The notes below the pieces were generated by a model that was given only the letters and a program-made list of their open reading frames with translations, was not told the origin of the DNA and searched no databases. DNA of 64,000 nt, taken from an uncultured Acidobacteriota bacterium. Lineage in GTDB: Bacteria; Acidobacteriota; UBA6911; RPQK01; JAPXNP01. Positions 39,022 through 49,569 of the stretch are shown piece after piece. The stretch lies in NCBI GenBank assembly GCA_963823995.1, contig CAWGNQ010000005.1, positions 706,510-770,509 of the forward strand, given 5' to 3'. The position numbers were made by a program, and so were the translations under genes. How positions within the stretch are numbered: the stretch's first letter is position 1; the number at the start of each line of letters is the position of its first letter.

Positions 39022-41871
39022 ATGTCGAAAAAGTACAGCTTCTTTCTGCTCGTTCTCTTTCCGGCGGCGGTCCTGTCCGGCTGTGCCGCATCGTCATTCG
39101 AACGACAGAGTGACGGTATCGTCGTGCACCTGCAGAAATCGGGAGATACCGATCCCGCGCTCATGAAGCTCCAGGTCTGTACGGACGACATCATTCGCGT
39201 GGTGGCCGCCCCGGGGGACGCCTTTTCCTCCCGCCCGAGCCTCATCGTGGATCGGGATGAGTGGGAGCCGGTCTCATGGACCGCCGAACAGAACGGAAAC
39301 GAGATCGTACTCTCCTCGGCGAAATTGACGGTCCGGGTCGATTCGCAAACCGGAAGCCTCTCCTTCTTCGACGCAACCGGCCGGCCCCTCCTTCGGGAAA
39401 AGCAAGAGGGCGGAAAGTCGATCACACCGGCGGAAGTCATGGGAGAACAGACCTACCACATACGCCAGCTGTTCGACTCTCCAGACGACGAGGCCTTCTA
39501 CGGACTCGGCCAGCACCAGAACGACGTCATGAACTACAAGGGCCACGACGTCGATCTCTGGCAGTACAACATCGTGGCCGTTAACCCCTTCCTGGTATCG
39601 AGCAGAAACTACGGCATTCTCTGGGACAATAACTCGCTGACGAAGTTCGGCGACATCCGGGACTACGAGCCGATCTCCACCCTGACCCTCATCGATCGGG
39701 ACGGCAACCCGGGCGGATTGACCGCCGAATATTTCGCCCGCCGCAACTTCCAGTCTCCCGTTACGACGCGCAGTGAGGACCGGATCGAACATCGGTACAT
39801 CGATGTCAACGATGCCTATCCCGATGACTTCGACCTGAACCGGGGAAGTATCCGCTGGAGCGGAGAAATCGAGGCCCGAGAGTCGGGCGTCCACAAGCTG
39901 CAGCTCTACAGCTCGAGCTACACCAAGATGTGGTTGAACGATGAGCTGGTCGTCGATTCGTGGCGACAGAACTGGCTCCCCTGGACGCACAACTTCCAGG
40001 TTCCATTGGACGTCGGACAGCGCTGCTCCGTCAGGATCGAGTGGGTTCCCGAAGGTGGCTTCATCGGCTTGGGTGCGCTGCCTCCCGATCCAGGCCAGGA
40101 TCCGAAGGCATTGTCACTCTACTCCGAGGTCGGTGACCAGATCGACTACTACTTCGTCCATGGTGACGATCTGGACCAGATCGTCCACGGGTACCGGCAG
40201 ATCACGGGCCAGGTTCCCATGATGCCGAAATGGGCGATGGGGCTCTGGCAGTGCCGCGAGCGCTATCGGACCCAGGACGAGCTTCTGTCGGTGGTCCGCG
40301 AGTTCCGCAAGCGCCGCATCCCGCTCGACAACATCGTTCAGGACTGGTTCTACTGGAAGGAAGACCAGTGGGGCAGCCACGAATTCGATGCCACGCGGTA
40401 TCCCGATCCGGTCGCAATGGTGAAGGAACTCCATGACCGGCTCAACTCGCGGATCATGATCTCGGTTTGGCCCAAGTTCTATGTCGGCACTCAACACTAC
40501 GACGAGTTCAAGGAGAACGGCTGGCTGTATATGCGCAATGTCGAGCAGAATCAGCGCGACTGGGTCGGGCCCGGGTATGTCTCGACGTTCTATGATCCGT
40601 ACAGCCAGGGGGCGCGGGACCTGTTCTGGAATCAGATCGACGACACGCTATTTCCGATGGGCATGGACGCCTGGTGGATGGATGCCACCGAGCCGGATAT
40701 CCAGTCGAATCTCTCCGAGAAAGAGCGCCGACTGCGCATGAATCCGACGGCACTCGGGACGGCGGCACGATATCTGAACAGCTACTCCCTCGAGCAGTCG
40801 AGGGCCGTATTCGAAGGCCAGATGAAGAGCAGTCCCGACCAGCGGGTCTTCATTCTGACCCGGTCGGCCTACGCGGGGCAGCAGCGCTACGGATCGGCCA
40901 CCTGGAGCGGCGACATCGCGTCCCGCTGGGAGGACTTGCGCAATCAGATTCCGGCCGGTTTAAACTTCAGCCTCGCCGGCATTCCCTACTGGACGACCGA
41001 TATCGGCGGCTTCGCCGTCGAGCGACGCTACATGAATGCAAAAGGAGATGATCTGGACGAATGGCGCGAGTTGATGACCCGCTGGTACCAGTTCGGGACG
41101 TTCTGCCCCCTTTTCCGCGTTCACGGTCAATTCCCCTACCGCGAAATCTATAACGTCGCACCCGAAGGCCATCCCGCCTACCAGGCCATGGCCACCTACG
41201 ACAACCTGCGCTACCGCCTGATGCCCTACATCTATTCGCTCACCGGGATGGTCACCCATGACGACTACACAATAATGCGGGCGCTCGTCATGGACTTTCC
41301 GGACGATCCGAAGGTTCGCGACATCGGACACCAGTTCATGTTCGGTCCCGCCTTGCTCGTCAACCCCGTGACCGAGTACAAGGCCCGGAGCGTAAACGTC
41401 TATCTGCCGTCCTCGAGTGGTTGGTACGATCTCGAGTCGGGCCGATTCCTGGAGGGCGGACAGTCGATACAGGCGGATGCGCCTTATTCCCATATACCCG
41501 TGTTCGTCCGGGAAGGTTCGATCGTCCCCTTTGGGCCGGCCATCCAGTTCAGCACGGAGAAACCGGCCGACCCGATTCGGTTGAGGGTCTATACGGGCCG
41601 GGACGGGTCCTTCACGCTCTACGAGGACGAGAACATCAACAACAACTACCGCAATGGAGCCTTCAGCCGGATCCCGATCACCTTCAGCGAGGCCGATCGC
41701 ACCCTGACGATCGGTGCTCGTCTGGGTGAGTTTCCCGGAATGCTGCAGCAACGGAAGTTCGAGATCGTCTGGGTCACCCATGAGAGGCCGGCGGCACTCG
41801 ATCTGGAAGCGGCGCCTTCAACGTCCGTTTCCTATGACGGCAGCACCGTAACGGTCGAAATGACCGACTGA
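39022..41871 (+). CDS. glycoside hydrolase family 31 (alpha-xylosidase/alpha-glucosidase-like), lipoprotein
   Basis: Lipobox VLSGCAAS; GH31 catalytic region GMDAWWMDATEPD; 950 aa; RBS gagga 8 nt before ATG 39022. Confidence 0.85.
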   Translation: MSKKYSFFLLVLFPAAVLSGCAASSFERQSDGIVVHLQKSGDTDPALMKLQVCTDDIIRVVAAPGDAFSSRPSLIVDRDEWEPVSWTAEQNGNEIVLSSAKLTVRVDSQTGSLSFFDATGRPLLREKQEGGKSITPAEVMGEQTYHIRQLFDSPDDEAFYGLGQHQNDVMNYKGHDVDLWQYNIVAVNPFLVSSRNYGILWDNNSLTKFGDIRDYEPISTLTLIDRDGNPGGLTAEYFARRNFQSPVTTRSEDRIEHRYIDVNDAYPDDFDLNRGSIRWSGEIEARESGVHKLQLYSSSYTKMWLNDELVVDSWRQNWLPWTHNFQVPLDVGQRCSVRIEWVPEGGFIGLGALPPDPGQDPKALSLYSEVGDQIDYYFVHGDDLDQIVHGYRQITGQVPMMPKWAMGLWQCRERYRTQDELLSVVREFRKRRIPLDNIVQDWFYWKEDQWGSHEFDATRYPDPVAMVKELHDRLNSRIMISVWPKFYVGTQHYDEFKENGWLYMRNVEQNQRDWVGPGYVSTFYDPYSQGARDLFWNQIDDTLFPMGMDAWWMDATEPDIQSNLSEKERRLRMNPTALGTAARYLNSYSLEQSRAVFEGQMKSSPDQRVFILTRSAYAGQQRYGSATWSGDIASRWEDLRNQIPAGLNFSLAGIPYWTTDIGGFAVERRYMNAKGDDLDEWRELMTRWYQFGTFCPLFRVHGQFPYREIYNVAPEGHPAYQAMATYDNLRYRLMPYIYSLTGMVTHDDYTIMRALVMDFPDDPKVRDIGHQFMFGPALLVNPVTEYKARSVNVYLPSSSGWYDLESGRFLEGGQSIQADAPYSHIPVFVREGSIVPFGPAIQFSTEKPADPIRLRVYTGRDGSFTLYEDENINNNYRNGAFSRIPITFSEADRTLTIGARLGEFPGMLQQRKFEIVWVTHERPAALDLEAAPSTSVSYDGSTVTVEMTD

Positions 41872-41899
41872 GACGCCTTGCGATGGTAATCTTCGCCTT

Positions 41900-42871
41900 G
41901 TGACGACCATCCAGGGTAGTACCGCCGTGCTTCGGAACGACGTGCCGGCCGCCGAACTGACGACACTCGGTGTCGGTGGCCCCTGCTCCTGGGTTGCCGA
42001 CCTCGCGGCTCCGGCCGATCTCGAGCCGCTGACCCGCTGGGCCCGTTCCCGGAGTCTGCCCGTCGTGTACCTCGGAGAAGGAAGCAACGTCCTTTTTCCC
42101 GATGAGGGATTCCACGGTCTCGTCATTCGCACGAAAGTCCCCGGACGGCAACGGTCGGGATCGGAAGTGGAACTTGGCGGCGGAGAAAACCTCCAAGCTG
42201 TGATCGACTGGCTGAACGACCTGGGATTGGCCGGCATGGAGCGGATGTATGGAATCCCCGGCACCGTGGCGGGGGCGCTGGTCGGAAACGCCGGAGCTTT
42301 CGGCCAGGAGATCCGGGAGGTATTGACCGACGTGGATGTGTGGACACCCGGTGGCAGCCGGACCCTGACGGGCGCGGACGTCGGTCTGTCCTATCGGCAC
42401 AGCGAACTGAAAAACCGGCGGGACTGGTTCATTGTTCGGTGTCGGCTTCGTCTGCGACCGGTCCGCCACGACCTGGCCGGTGTATCGAGAGAAGTCCTCG
42501 TGACACGGCTCCGTAAATACCCCGCCGGTCTGAAATGTCCGGGCAGTTTCTTCAAGAATGTCGTCGCCGCTCGCCTTTCGGCCGGTATACTCGAGAGGAT
42601 TCCGTCGGACTTCATCCAGTACGGCAAGATCCCCGCGGGTCGGCTGCTGGAAGCCGTCGGCGCCAACGGAGCGCGACGCGGCGGAGCGGAGATCGCCTCC
42701 TACCACGGAAATCTCTTCATCAATCGCGATGCCGCTTGCAGCGAAGATATTCTGGCTCTGGCCGACGAATTCGCCGCGCGCGTGTTCGAGCGATTCGGGA
42801 TCCGTCTGGAACCGGAGGTTTGCCTGATCGGCGCTTCCGAGCGCCCTTATGTGAAGCGTGGAGCACCATGA
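41900..42871 (+). CDS. murB: UDP-N-acetylenolpyruvoylglucosamine reductase
   Basis: FAD-binding LTTLGVGGP...VVYLGEGSNVLF, YGIPGTVAGALVGNAGAFG, C-terminal MurB domain. Confidence 0.8.
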   Translation: MTTIQGSTAVLRNDVPAAELTTLGVGGPCSWVADLAAPADLEPLTRWARSRSLPVVYLGEGSNVLFPDEGFHGLVIRTKVPGRQRSGSEVELGGGENLQAVIDWLNDLGLAGMERMYGIPGTVAGALVGNAGAFGQEIREVLTDVDVWTPGGSRTLTGADVGLSYRHSELKNRRDWFIVRCRLRLRPVRHDLAGVSREVLVTRLRKYPAGLKCPGSFFKNVVAARLSAGILERIPSDFIQYGKIPAGRLLEAVGANGARRGGAEIASYHGNLFINRDAACSEDILALADEFAARVFERFGIRLEPEVCLIGASERPYVKRGAP

Positions 42872-44130
42872 GCGTCAAATATGTCATCGAAGGCGGCCAC
42901 CAACTGCGAGGCGACTACGCCGTCCAGGGAAACAAGAATGCCGCCCTGCCCTTGATCGCCGCCTCACTTCTGACCGAGCGATCGATCCGCTTCGGGAACG
43001 TACCCCGCATCAACGATGTGGATCGCCTGATCGAGCTCATGGAGCACCTCGGAGTCGGCGTCTCCCGGACCGAAACCGATCTGGCCCTGCGCCGGGGCCG
43101 CCTGGAAGATCCCAGGCCGGCACCCGAGCTGGTCCGCCAGCTGAGAGGCTCGGTGCTGCTTCTCGGCGCGCTGGCCCCGGCTCACGACCGGCTGAACACA
43201 GTCCTGCCGGGTGGTTGCCCGATCGGACAGCGCTCTTTCGAGAGCCACTGGCAGGTCTTCGAATCCGCCGGGTTCGAGGTCACGGAAAGCTATAAGGAAA
43301 TCACCTTGACCCGCAGGCGCCGAGTCGAGCGGCCTCGTGTTTGCCTCGAGGAGAGTTCCGTCACCGCCACGGAGAACGCGCTGCTGCTTTTCTCGGGCCT
43401 CGGGGGCGGCACCATCGACAACCCAGCCCGCGAGCCACACGTTCTGGCACTGGTCGATTTTCTCCACGCTCTCGGGGCGGAAATCGAGCTGCATCCTCTT
43501 CGCTTCGTCATCCATTCCGCCCCGGCCCGAACGGGAGCGGAGGTCCGGTTCCAGGTTCCGGCCGACTATATCGACGCCGGCACGGCGGCCATCGCCGCGG
43601 CCGTCACAGGCGGAGAGCTGCGTTTGCAGGGTGTGACGGCCGAAGATCTTCTCGGTTTCCAGCAGGCACTCGAACGGTTCGGCCTGGCCTTCGATTTCGC
43701 AGACGACTTCGCGACCGTCGGGCGGGTCGGCGACTGCGGCCCCAACCCCGGCCGGATCACGGCCGGCCTTTGGCCGTCGTTTCCCACCGATCTGACCAGC
43801 ATCCTGATCGTGCTGGCCACGCAGGGCCGCGGCATCTGCCTGGTCCATGACTGGATGTATGAGTCCCGCATGTTCTTCGTCGACAAGCTGGCCCGCATGG
43901 GCGCGAGGGTCATCCTGTGCGACCCCCACCGGGTGATCGTCGACGGACCTTCCGCATTGCGGGGAATCCGGCTGGAATCGCCGGACATTCGGGCCGGCAT
44001 GGCGCTTCTCGTAGCTGGACTCTGCGCGTCGGGAGTCACGACGATCGAACACGCCGAGGTGGTCGAACGGGGATATGAACGAGCCGTCGAGCGTTTCCGG
44101 AAGGTCGGAGCCGCGATCGAGCGCAGCTGA
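42868..44130 (+). CDS. murA: UDP-N-acetylglucosamine 1-carboxyvinyltransferase
   Basis: ATGA overlap with murB stop; IEGGHQLRGDYAVQGNKNAALPLIAASLL, active-site loop LPGGCPIGQRSFESH; EPT fold. Track ORF 42535 includes the out-of-context upstream frame. Confidence 0.8.
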   Translation: MSVKYVIEGGHQLRGDYAVQGNKNAALPLIAASLLTERSIRFGNVPRINDVDRLIELMEHLGVGVSRTETDLALRRGRLEDPRPAPELVRQLRGSVLLLGALAPAHDRLNTVLPGGCPIGQRSFESHWQVFESAGFEVTESYKEITLTRRRRVERPRVCLEESSVTATENALLLFSGLGGGTIDNPAREPHVLALVDFLHALGAEIELHPLRFVIHSAPARTGAEVRFQVPADYIDAGTAAIAAAVTGGELRLQGVTAEDLLGFQQALERFGLAFDFADDFATVGRVGDCGPNPGRITAGLWPSFPTDLTSILIVLATQGRGICLVHDWMYESRMFFVDKLARMGARVILCDPHRVIVDGPSALRGIRLESPDIRAGMALLVAGLCASGVTTIEHAEVVERGYERAVERFRKVGAAIERS

Positions 44131-44172
44131 AGGAAATGGGACAGGGGTCGTTTGGTAAAGTAATTCCCGTCC

Positions 44173-44712
44173 ATGTTCGATGCAGTGCGTGATATCAGTT
44201 TGCGGACGATCATCCTGGTCGCGGTGATCGTGTGGGCGACTCTCGCAGCGATCTGGTTCCTCAGCCTCGGTCCCGCGCCGGTCACTCCAACAACTTCCGC
44301 CCGGCAGCTGTCGTCTCACAGCCCGAGTGGGGCGGTGCCCGAGTCGACAGAGTCGGGGGCCGCAGGTGGGTCCGGGGTCCCTCAGGAACCTGCGCCGGGA
44401 CTTGCAACCTCCGGTCAGGATGTCGTCGTTTCGACCCAGCCGGACCAGGCACCGGAGGCAGCTTCAAATCCGCCTCGATCGGAGGGCAGCTTCGCATTGC
44501 AGGTGGGCGCCTTCCACGCCGAGGAGGGGGCCCGGACCCTGCTCGAGCGAATCAAGGCGGACGGATTTCCAGCCTTCCTCCGCTCTTCTGCACCGGCTGA
44601 TCCGCTGTATCGAGTGATGGTGGGTCCCTTCCCGGACAGGCAGCAGGCCTTGTCCCGCCAGGAATCCCTGAAGGCCCGCGGGATCGACTCCTTCGTCAAG
44701 GAACTGAAATAG
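44173..44712 (+). CDS. SPOR-domain protein (peptidoglycan-binding, TM-anchored)
   Basis: N-terminal TM; C-terminal FALQVGAFHAEEGARTLLERIKADGFPAFL...YRVMVGPFPDRQQA (SPOR repeat). Confidence 0.75.
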   Translation: MFDAVRDISLRTIILVAVIVWATLAAIWFLSLGPAPVTPTTSARQLSSHSPSGAVPESTESGAAGGSGVPQEPAPGLATSGQDVVVSTQPDQAPEAASNPPRSEGSFALQVGAFHAEEGARTLLERIKADGFPAFLRSSAPADPLYRVMVGPFPDRQQALSRQESLKARGIDSFVKELK

Positions 44713-44881
44713 GGGGACGTTTCCGACACTCGCCGGCTCGAAGCTCTGCCGGAGAGCGCCCCCACAGACCTGCCGGACGCTTTCTGAATCACCCGGAGGG
44801 TGAGCCGGTGCGGACGACCTTCGAAGGCAATCCCGCCGACCCGGTCTGAACGAGCGTGCTAGAATCCGTGACAGAAACGGC

Positions 44882-45814
44882 ATGGAGACGGAGCGCGCAT
44901 ACGAGGTCCTGGGGCTGCACCGGAGTGCCTCGTTCAGGGAGGTCATGGAAGCACACCGTGACCTCGTTCAAGTCTGGGACCCCCGTCGGTTCCACGAGAA
45001 CCTGCGCCTCCAGCGGCGTGCGATTCAGGAAATGGCGTCGATCAACGAGGCTTTCGACACGCTGCGCATCCAGGCAATGCAGGGCCAACTCCCCCACACC
45101 AACGCATCCGGTCCCGGCCCCCAGGCTACGGCACTTCCTGCGGCCCATTCGGTCGCCCCGGGGGGGCCCTCCGATGACCGATCGGCTTCAGCTCGAACTT
45201 CCCTCTACGATGACGCACTGCCGAAACGGGGGAAAAGGCCGCGTTTTCTCGGCTGGCTCCCGCTGATAACGGGAGTGATCCTCGCCATCCTCGTGGCGGC
45301 CTGGATCCTGCGTTCCGACTCGGACACCGACATCAGCGACGAGGCTACCTCCACTCCCGCAGCTGCTGAGTCCGGCGTAGCTCCGGTCATTCGGCCCGAG
45401 CCTTCGGAGACACCCGCTCCGGGAAAAACGGACGAATCGCAGCCCTCCACGCCGTCCGCCGCTTCACCGGCCGAGAAGACAGTTCCGGACAGCCCGGGAA
45501 TGACTTCCGAGCCGGACTCTCCCCTGGTACGCCGAGCCTTTCAGCTCCTCCGAGAGAAATCCATATCGGCCTCGATCCTTCTTCGCAGCGGACGATTCGA
45601 GAACCTTCGGTTTGAAGGCTGGCAGCCCCTGAGGGGCGACATTCACGAGTTCCAGCTTCAACTGGTCGCCATCCGGGAGCCGAACGGGGACAAGGTTCGG
45701 CTCGTCTGGTCCGTCAACCTGGATACCGGGACAGTGAACCCCCTCAATGACGCAGCACGAGAACTTGAGGACCGCAGCGCGGGCCCCAAACCGCAGCTCA
45801 TTCGACAGATGTAG
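44882..45814 (+). CDS. J-domain-like membrane protein (HPD replaced by WDP)
   Basis: YEVLGLHRSASFREVMEAHRDLVQVWDPRRF resembles a DnaJ N-terminal helix pair but lacks HPD; central TM; Pro/Ser-rich linker. Confidence 0.55.
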   Translation: METERAYEVLGLHRSASFREVMEAHRDLVQVWDPRRFHENLRLQRRAIQEMASINEAFDTLRIQAMQGQLPHTNASGPGPQATALPAAHSVAPGGPSDDRSASARTSLYDDALPKRGKRPRFLGWLPLITGVILAILVAAWILRSDSDTDISDEATSTPAAAESGVAPVIRPEPSETPAPGKTDESQPSTPSAASPAEKTVPDSPGMTSEPDSPLVRRAFQLLREKSISASILLRSGRFENLRFEGWQPLRGDIHEFQLQLVAIREPNGDKVRLVWSVNLDTGTVNPLNDAARELEDRSAGPKPQLIRQM

Positions 45815-45966
45815 GGCGGTCCAACGCACCGGGCCCGGAGTCGACCCGGCAACCGGAGCGGTCCGGACGGAGCTCTGTCTCGTGTCACGAATCCGTGTCT
45901 GGATTCGTCACTTGAACTCAGCCCCCCGAGTCGTCTCTAATTTGAACCCGGACTGAGGAGAGAGGC

Positions 45967-47040
45967 ATGACGCTCGAGGAAATCCGCAAGAGAATCAACA
46001 CGATCGACTTCGAGATTCTGAAGCTGCTCAACAGCCGGATGGAGTTCGCTCTGCGGACCAAGAAGTTCAAAACGTCCGTGACCGACACGAGACGGGAACA
46101 CGAGGTGATCGAATACATCCAAAAACACAGCCGCGGCCTGATCGAGCCGGAATTCTGCCGCATGCTGTTCGGTGAGATCATCGGAGAGAGCAAGCGGCTC
46201 CAGAAGGAGGAGGTCTCCCTCATGGGTTTCCATGGGGAACACGGAGCATTCAGTGAAGTGGCGGCCCGCAGCTTCAATCCGAATCTCGTCTACATCAGTT
46301 GTGCTGATATCCGGGAGGTCATTCAGGGCGTCGAGGCCGGACTGTTCCACCTCGGAATCGTCCCCGTCGAAAGCACGATCGGTGGAACCGCCAACGAAGT
46401 CAACGAGTACCTGGTGGAAACCGACCTCACCGTCGTCGGTGAGCTTCGACTCCCCATCCGCTATAGTCTGCTGACCCTGCCCGAGACCGACCCGGAGGAA
46501 CTGCGTGTCGTCTACTCCCACCGTCAGGTGCTGTCGCAGTGCCAGGGATTTCTCTTCAAACGGAAACTGGAAGCCCGCCCCTATTACGACATGGCCGCGG
46601 CGGCAAAAATGCTGATCCAGCAGCGTCCCGAGGCGACCGGTGCGCTCTCCAGCGAGTTTTCCGCCGAGTTCTATCATCTGAGGGTCATCCAACGCGGTGT
46701 GGAGGACAGGCCGGGCAATTTCACGAGATTCTTCGTCCTTGCTCATGGAGACGGATACGAGCCGGGGGATAAGTGTTCCCTGGTCTTCGTCGCCGAACAC
46801 AAAGCCGGCGCCCTCTTCAAGATCCTCCAGGAGTTTGCCGACGCCGGCATCAATCTGACCCGGATCGAATCGATGCCGAACCGGAAGGATCCAGGCAACT
46901 ATCTATTCTTCCTCGACTTCGATGGATCCAACCAGGATCCGCATGTGATCGAAGTACTGAATCGAGTTCGGGAGAAGACCGTGATGTACCGCTTCCTCGG
47001 CTGCTACAAGGGCGCCAACGGCTGGGCGGATCCGGCCTGA
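45967..47040 (+). CDS. pheA: bifunctional chorismate mutase / prephenate dehydratase (P-protein)
   Basis: CM domain LEEIRKRINTIDFEILKLLNSRMEFA; PDT domain with ESMPNRKDPGNYLFFLDF; ACT tail. Confidence 0.85.
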   Translation: MTLEEIRKRINTIDFEILKLLNSRMEFALRTKKFKTSVTDTRREHEVIEYIQKHSRGLIEPEFCRMLFGEIIGESKRLQKEEVSLMGFHGEHGAFSEVAARSFNPNLVYISCADIREVIQGVEAGLFHLGIVPVESTIGGTANEVNEYLVETDLTVVGELRLPIRYSLLTLPETDPEELRVVYSHRQVLSQCQGFLFKRKLEARPYYDMAAAAKMLIQQRPEATGALSSEFSAEFYHLRVIQRGVEDRPGNFTRFFVLAHGDGYEPGDKCSLVFVAEHKAGALFKILQEFADAGINLTRIESMPNRKDPGNYLFFLDFDGSNQDPHVIEVLNRVREKTVMYRFLGCYKGANGWADPA

Positions 47041-47055
47041 CGCCAACAACACGGT

Positions 47056-47350
47056 GCAACGTTCCACGTTTCACGTTCCAAGTTTCACGTCTCACGTTCA
47101 CGGTTCGGCGTGGGGAGACCGGGAGTCGGGAAACGGGAAACGGGAGTCGGGAGAACGGGAAAACGGGGACACGAGGGGTCGAAGGATTGTTGGACCGCCG
47201 CGGGCTGTGCACCCCGAATTCGCTCTGACTCCCTGACTCGAATTACCTCGCTCGAATACCGGACACGCGTTCCAGTTACATCCCGATCAAGCTGCCGAGC
47301 CCAAGGACCCGCAACTTGGAACCTGAAACCTGGAAACTGGAACGTCAAAA
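47056..47350. repeat. composite intergenic repeat element E3 (GTTTCACGT x4, GGGAGTCGGGAAACGGGA run, GGAACCTGAAACC x5)
   Basis: Simple-repeat blocks related to E1/E2 fill the convergent pheA / GT5 intergenic region. Confidence 0.6.
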
Positions 47351-47366
47351 CCGGTACCCGGCCATT

Positions 47367-49298
47367 TCACCGCTTTCGGCGGCTCGGTGACTGCGCCCGT
47401 TTGCGGCGGGTCGGCCGTTCCGTCTCATGTGAACTGGATTCTCCGGTCGTGGCCGGGCGAGACCGGTTCTTCAGCGCATCGCTCAGCCACTGGTCGAGAA
47501 TGTCCGAACGGAACGGAGCGAAGAGCGAGCGGACGAGCGGCTCCTTCTCCACCAGCTTCTTCGCAAAGGCATCGGTCGATCGAAGGAGCGAATCCCGCTT
47601 CCTGTCCCAGTCATCGAGCAGGATTCCGTACCGGTAGACGGCCACGTATTGTCCGGCAGATTTCAGCCAGTGAGCATCAACCGACATGGCCCGAAGCACG
47701 AGTTCACGATGCGCCGTGGGATCGTGACGATAGGTGTCGATTGCCTGTCGGATCTGGTCGAAGAAAGCAATCGTCTCACCGTCATAATCAGCCTGATCGA
47801 GCCAGTCGTAAAGGTATCCGCAGCAGTCCATCTTTGCCAGGCCACCCGTCCGGTGCGCGATGACCACGTTGCCCAGCAGTGATGCCTCGTAGTCGACCAA
47901 CCCACAGGGCTCGAACCGGGATGGAATCAGAGTGAAATCGCCCCCTGCGAAGATCAGCTTGGACAGCGGGAGGTTGAAGGCGGTCGAGAAAGAGAACCGG
48001 TCCGGATACAGGGAGGCCAGTTTTCGAAAGCGAGCCTCGGTCAGCTTGCCCTCCATATCGCCCTGCGGAGCCGTGGCGAGGATGACGAATTTGACGCCCC
48101 GATCGTAATGGAGAGTCCGCTCCGCAACATCGGCCACGAGACGCAAGTTCTTCTGCTCGACGAGACGGCCGACAACCGTCAGGAGCAACGGATCGTCCAC
48201 CGGCTCTGCGCCAAAGACCTCGAGATGGAGCATGCGCTTGAGTTGCGCCTTGGTGTCCAGATGATCCGAGTCGAAAGTATGGTCTCGACTCAGCATCTCC
48301 TGCTGCACTTCGGGGTTTCGGAAAATGGGCACACCGTGCGGGAGTCGCTCCTGCATTTCCAGCAACACGTCCGCCTTGAGCTCCGGGAGGTTCTGGGGCC
48401 AGTTCTTCTCGGACAGACCGTTCGTGATCCCGACGATCGGGATCTGTTCGAACACATCGAGATGGCGATTGGGCACGAATACCTGACCGACAGGAGACCA
48501 GGGTTTCAGCTTCCTTGCCTCGGCCTCGACCTCCTCCCGGCTCTTCTTCAGCTCAGCGGCGTATCCCCAGGTACCCTCGATGTCCCCACTGACGGTCGTC
48601 ACTTTCCCGCCGGTTTCGTGGGTCTTGATCGTGACGGCCTTCATCAGGTTGAGGTTGTCGAAGAAATCGAAGTATTTGTGGAAGAGCTCCTCACCGGGCA
48701 GTCCGATTCTGGCCAGCATTTCAAATCCGTGTCCGTGCACCGGATAGATACCCTGGTAGGAGGCATTGTGAACCGTGAAATGATGCCGCACGGTCGCAAG
48801 ATAGTCGTCCCCCAGATAGAAGGGAATCAGTCCCACATGATAGTCGTGGCTGTGTACGACGTGGAACTTGCTGCGCCGGATGTAGGCGGCCATCGCTTGG
48901 GCGACCACCGAGAAGAGTTTGAAGCCCATCTCCGGATCATCCGGGTAGATGGCCTGGCCATTGGTCCAACTCAGCTGGACCCAGTCCCAGAAGTAGAGAA
49001 TGGACAGGTTCGGGGATACCTCACGTCGATAGACTTCGAAGGGGAACTCCTTGCCGTCCAGAAAGACCGGGAGCTGCAGATCGAGTCGTTGCAGAAGGTC
49101 CCGATCGTAGTGCCCGAAGCAGGGCGTCAGGAGCTCGATCTCCAGGTGGATCCCATCCCGTTCCGCCGCGCTGATCAACTCTTCCGGAAGTTCCTCCATG
49201 ACAGCTCCGAGTCCTCCGATCTTGACCCCGAAGCCGGTCTGCACTCGACCCGTTTCCCAACTTGCCAACGCCAGTCTCATCTTCCTTGGTCGCGGCAC
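47367..49298 (-). CDS. glycosyltransferase family 5, glycogen/alpha-glucan synthase-like (long form)
   Basis: N-terminal KIGGLGAV (cf. KTGGLADV) and C-terminal PSRFEPCGL...GGLAKMD motifs; 643 aa with basic C-terminal tail. Confidence 0.7.
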   Translation of the reverse strand: MPRPRKMRLALASWETGRVQTGFGVKIGGLGAVMEELPEELISAAERDGIHLEIELLTPCFGHYDRDLLQRLDLQLPVFLDGKEFPFEVYRREVSPNLSILYFWDWVQLSWTNGQAIYPDDPEMGFKLFSVVAQAMAAYIRRSKFHVVHSHDYHVGLIPFYLGDDYLATVRHHFTVHNASYQGIYPVHGHGFEMLARIGLPGEELFHKYFDFFDNLNLMKAVTIKTHETGGKVTTVSGDIEGTWGYAAELKKSREEVEAEARKLKPWSPVGQVFVPNRHLDVFEQIPIVGITNGLSEKNWPQNLPELKADVLLEMQERLPHGVPIFRNPEVQQEMLSRDHTFDSDHLDTKAQLKRMLHLEVFGAEPVDDPLLLTVVGRLVEQKNLRLVADVAERTLHYDRGVKFVILATAPQGDMEGKLTEARFRKLASLYPDRFSFSTAFNLPLSKLIFAGGDFTLIPSRFEPCGLVDYEASLLGNVVIAHRTGGLAKMDCCGYLYDWLDQADYDGETIAFFDQIRQAIDTYRHDPTAHRELVLRAMSVDAHWLKSAGQYVAVYRYGILLDDWDRKRDSLLRSTDAFAKKLVEKEPLVRSLFAPFRSDILDQWLSDALKNRSRPATTGESSSHETERPTRRKRAQSPSRRKR

Positions 49299-49501
49299 CT
49301 CTTCCTCCTTCGCTCAGGCAGTGAATTCGAGTGACAAATGGGTCTGGCAACGCTCTCTCCCAAGCGCGTCAGCAACCTACCAGAGTCCCGGTCGACACTG
49401 CAAGGGTCTCGCCCAACCCCTGCAAAGAGAAGATGGACGAGACGCTCCCTGACCTCCGGTCGCTTCTCCGATTTCGACCGGAAGGCCGACAACTGACACA
49501 A

Positions 49502-49533
49502 AGAATTGACAACCCGGTGCTCGGGACGTGTAA
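49502..49533 (+). promoter_or_regulatory. sigma70-like promoter candidate (TTGACA ... TGTAAAGT)
   Basis: TTGACAacccggtgctcgggacgTGTAAAGT ~40 nt upstream of 49570 ORF. Confidence 0.3.
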
Positions 49534-49569
49534 AGTATTGGCTCAACCCGCAAACCCGGGGGAACAGGA

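Noticed and set aside
42535-42867. Upstream extension of the murA ORF (track start 42535)
   Set aside because: That stretch overlaps the C-terminal coding region of murB in another frame. The conserved MurA N-terminus begins at ATG 42868, which overlaps the murB stop.
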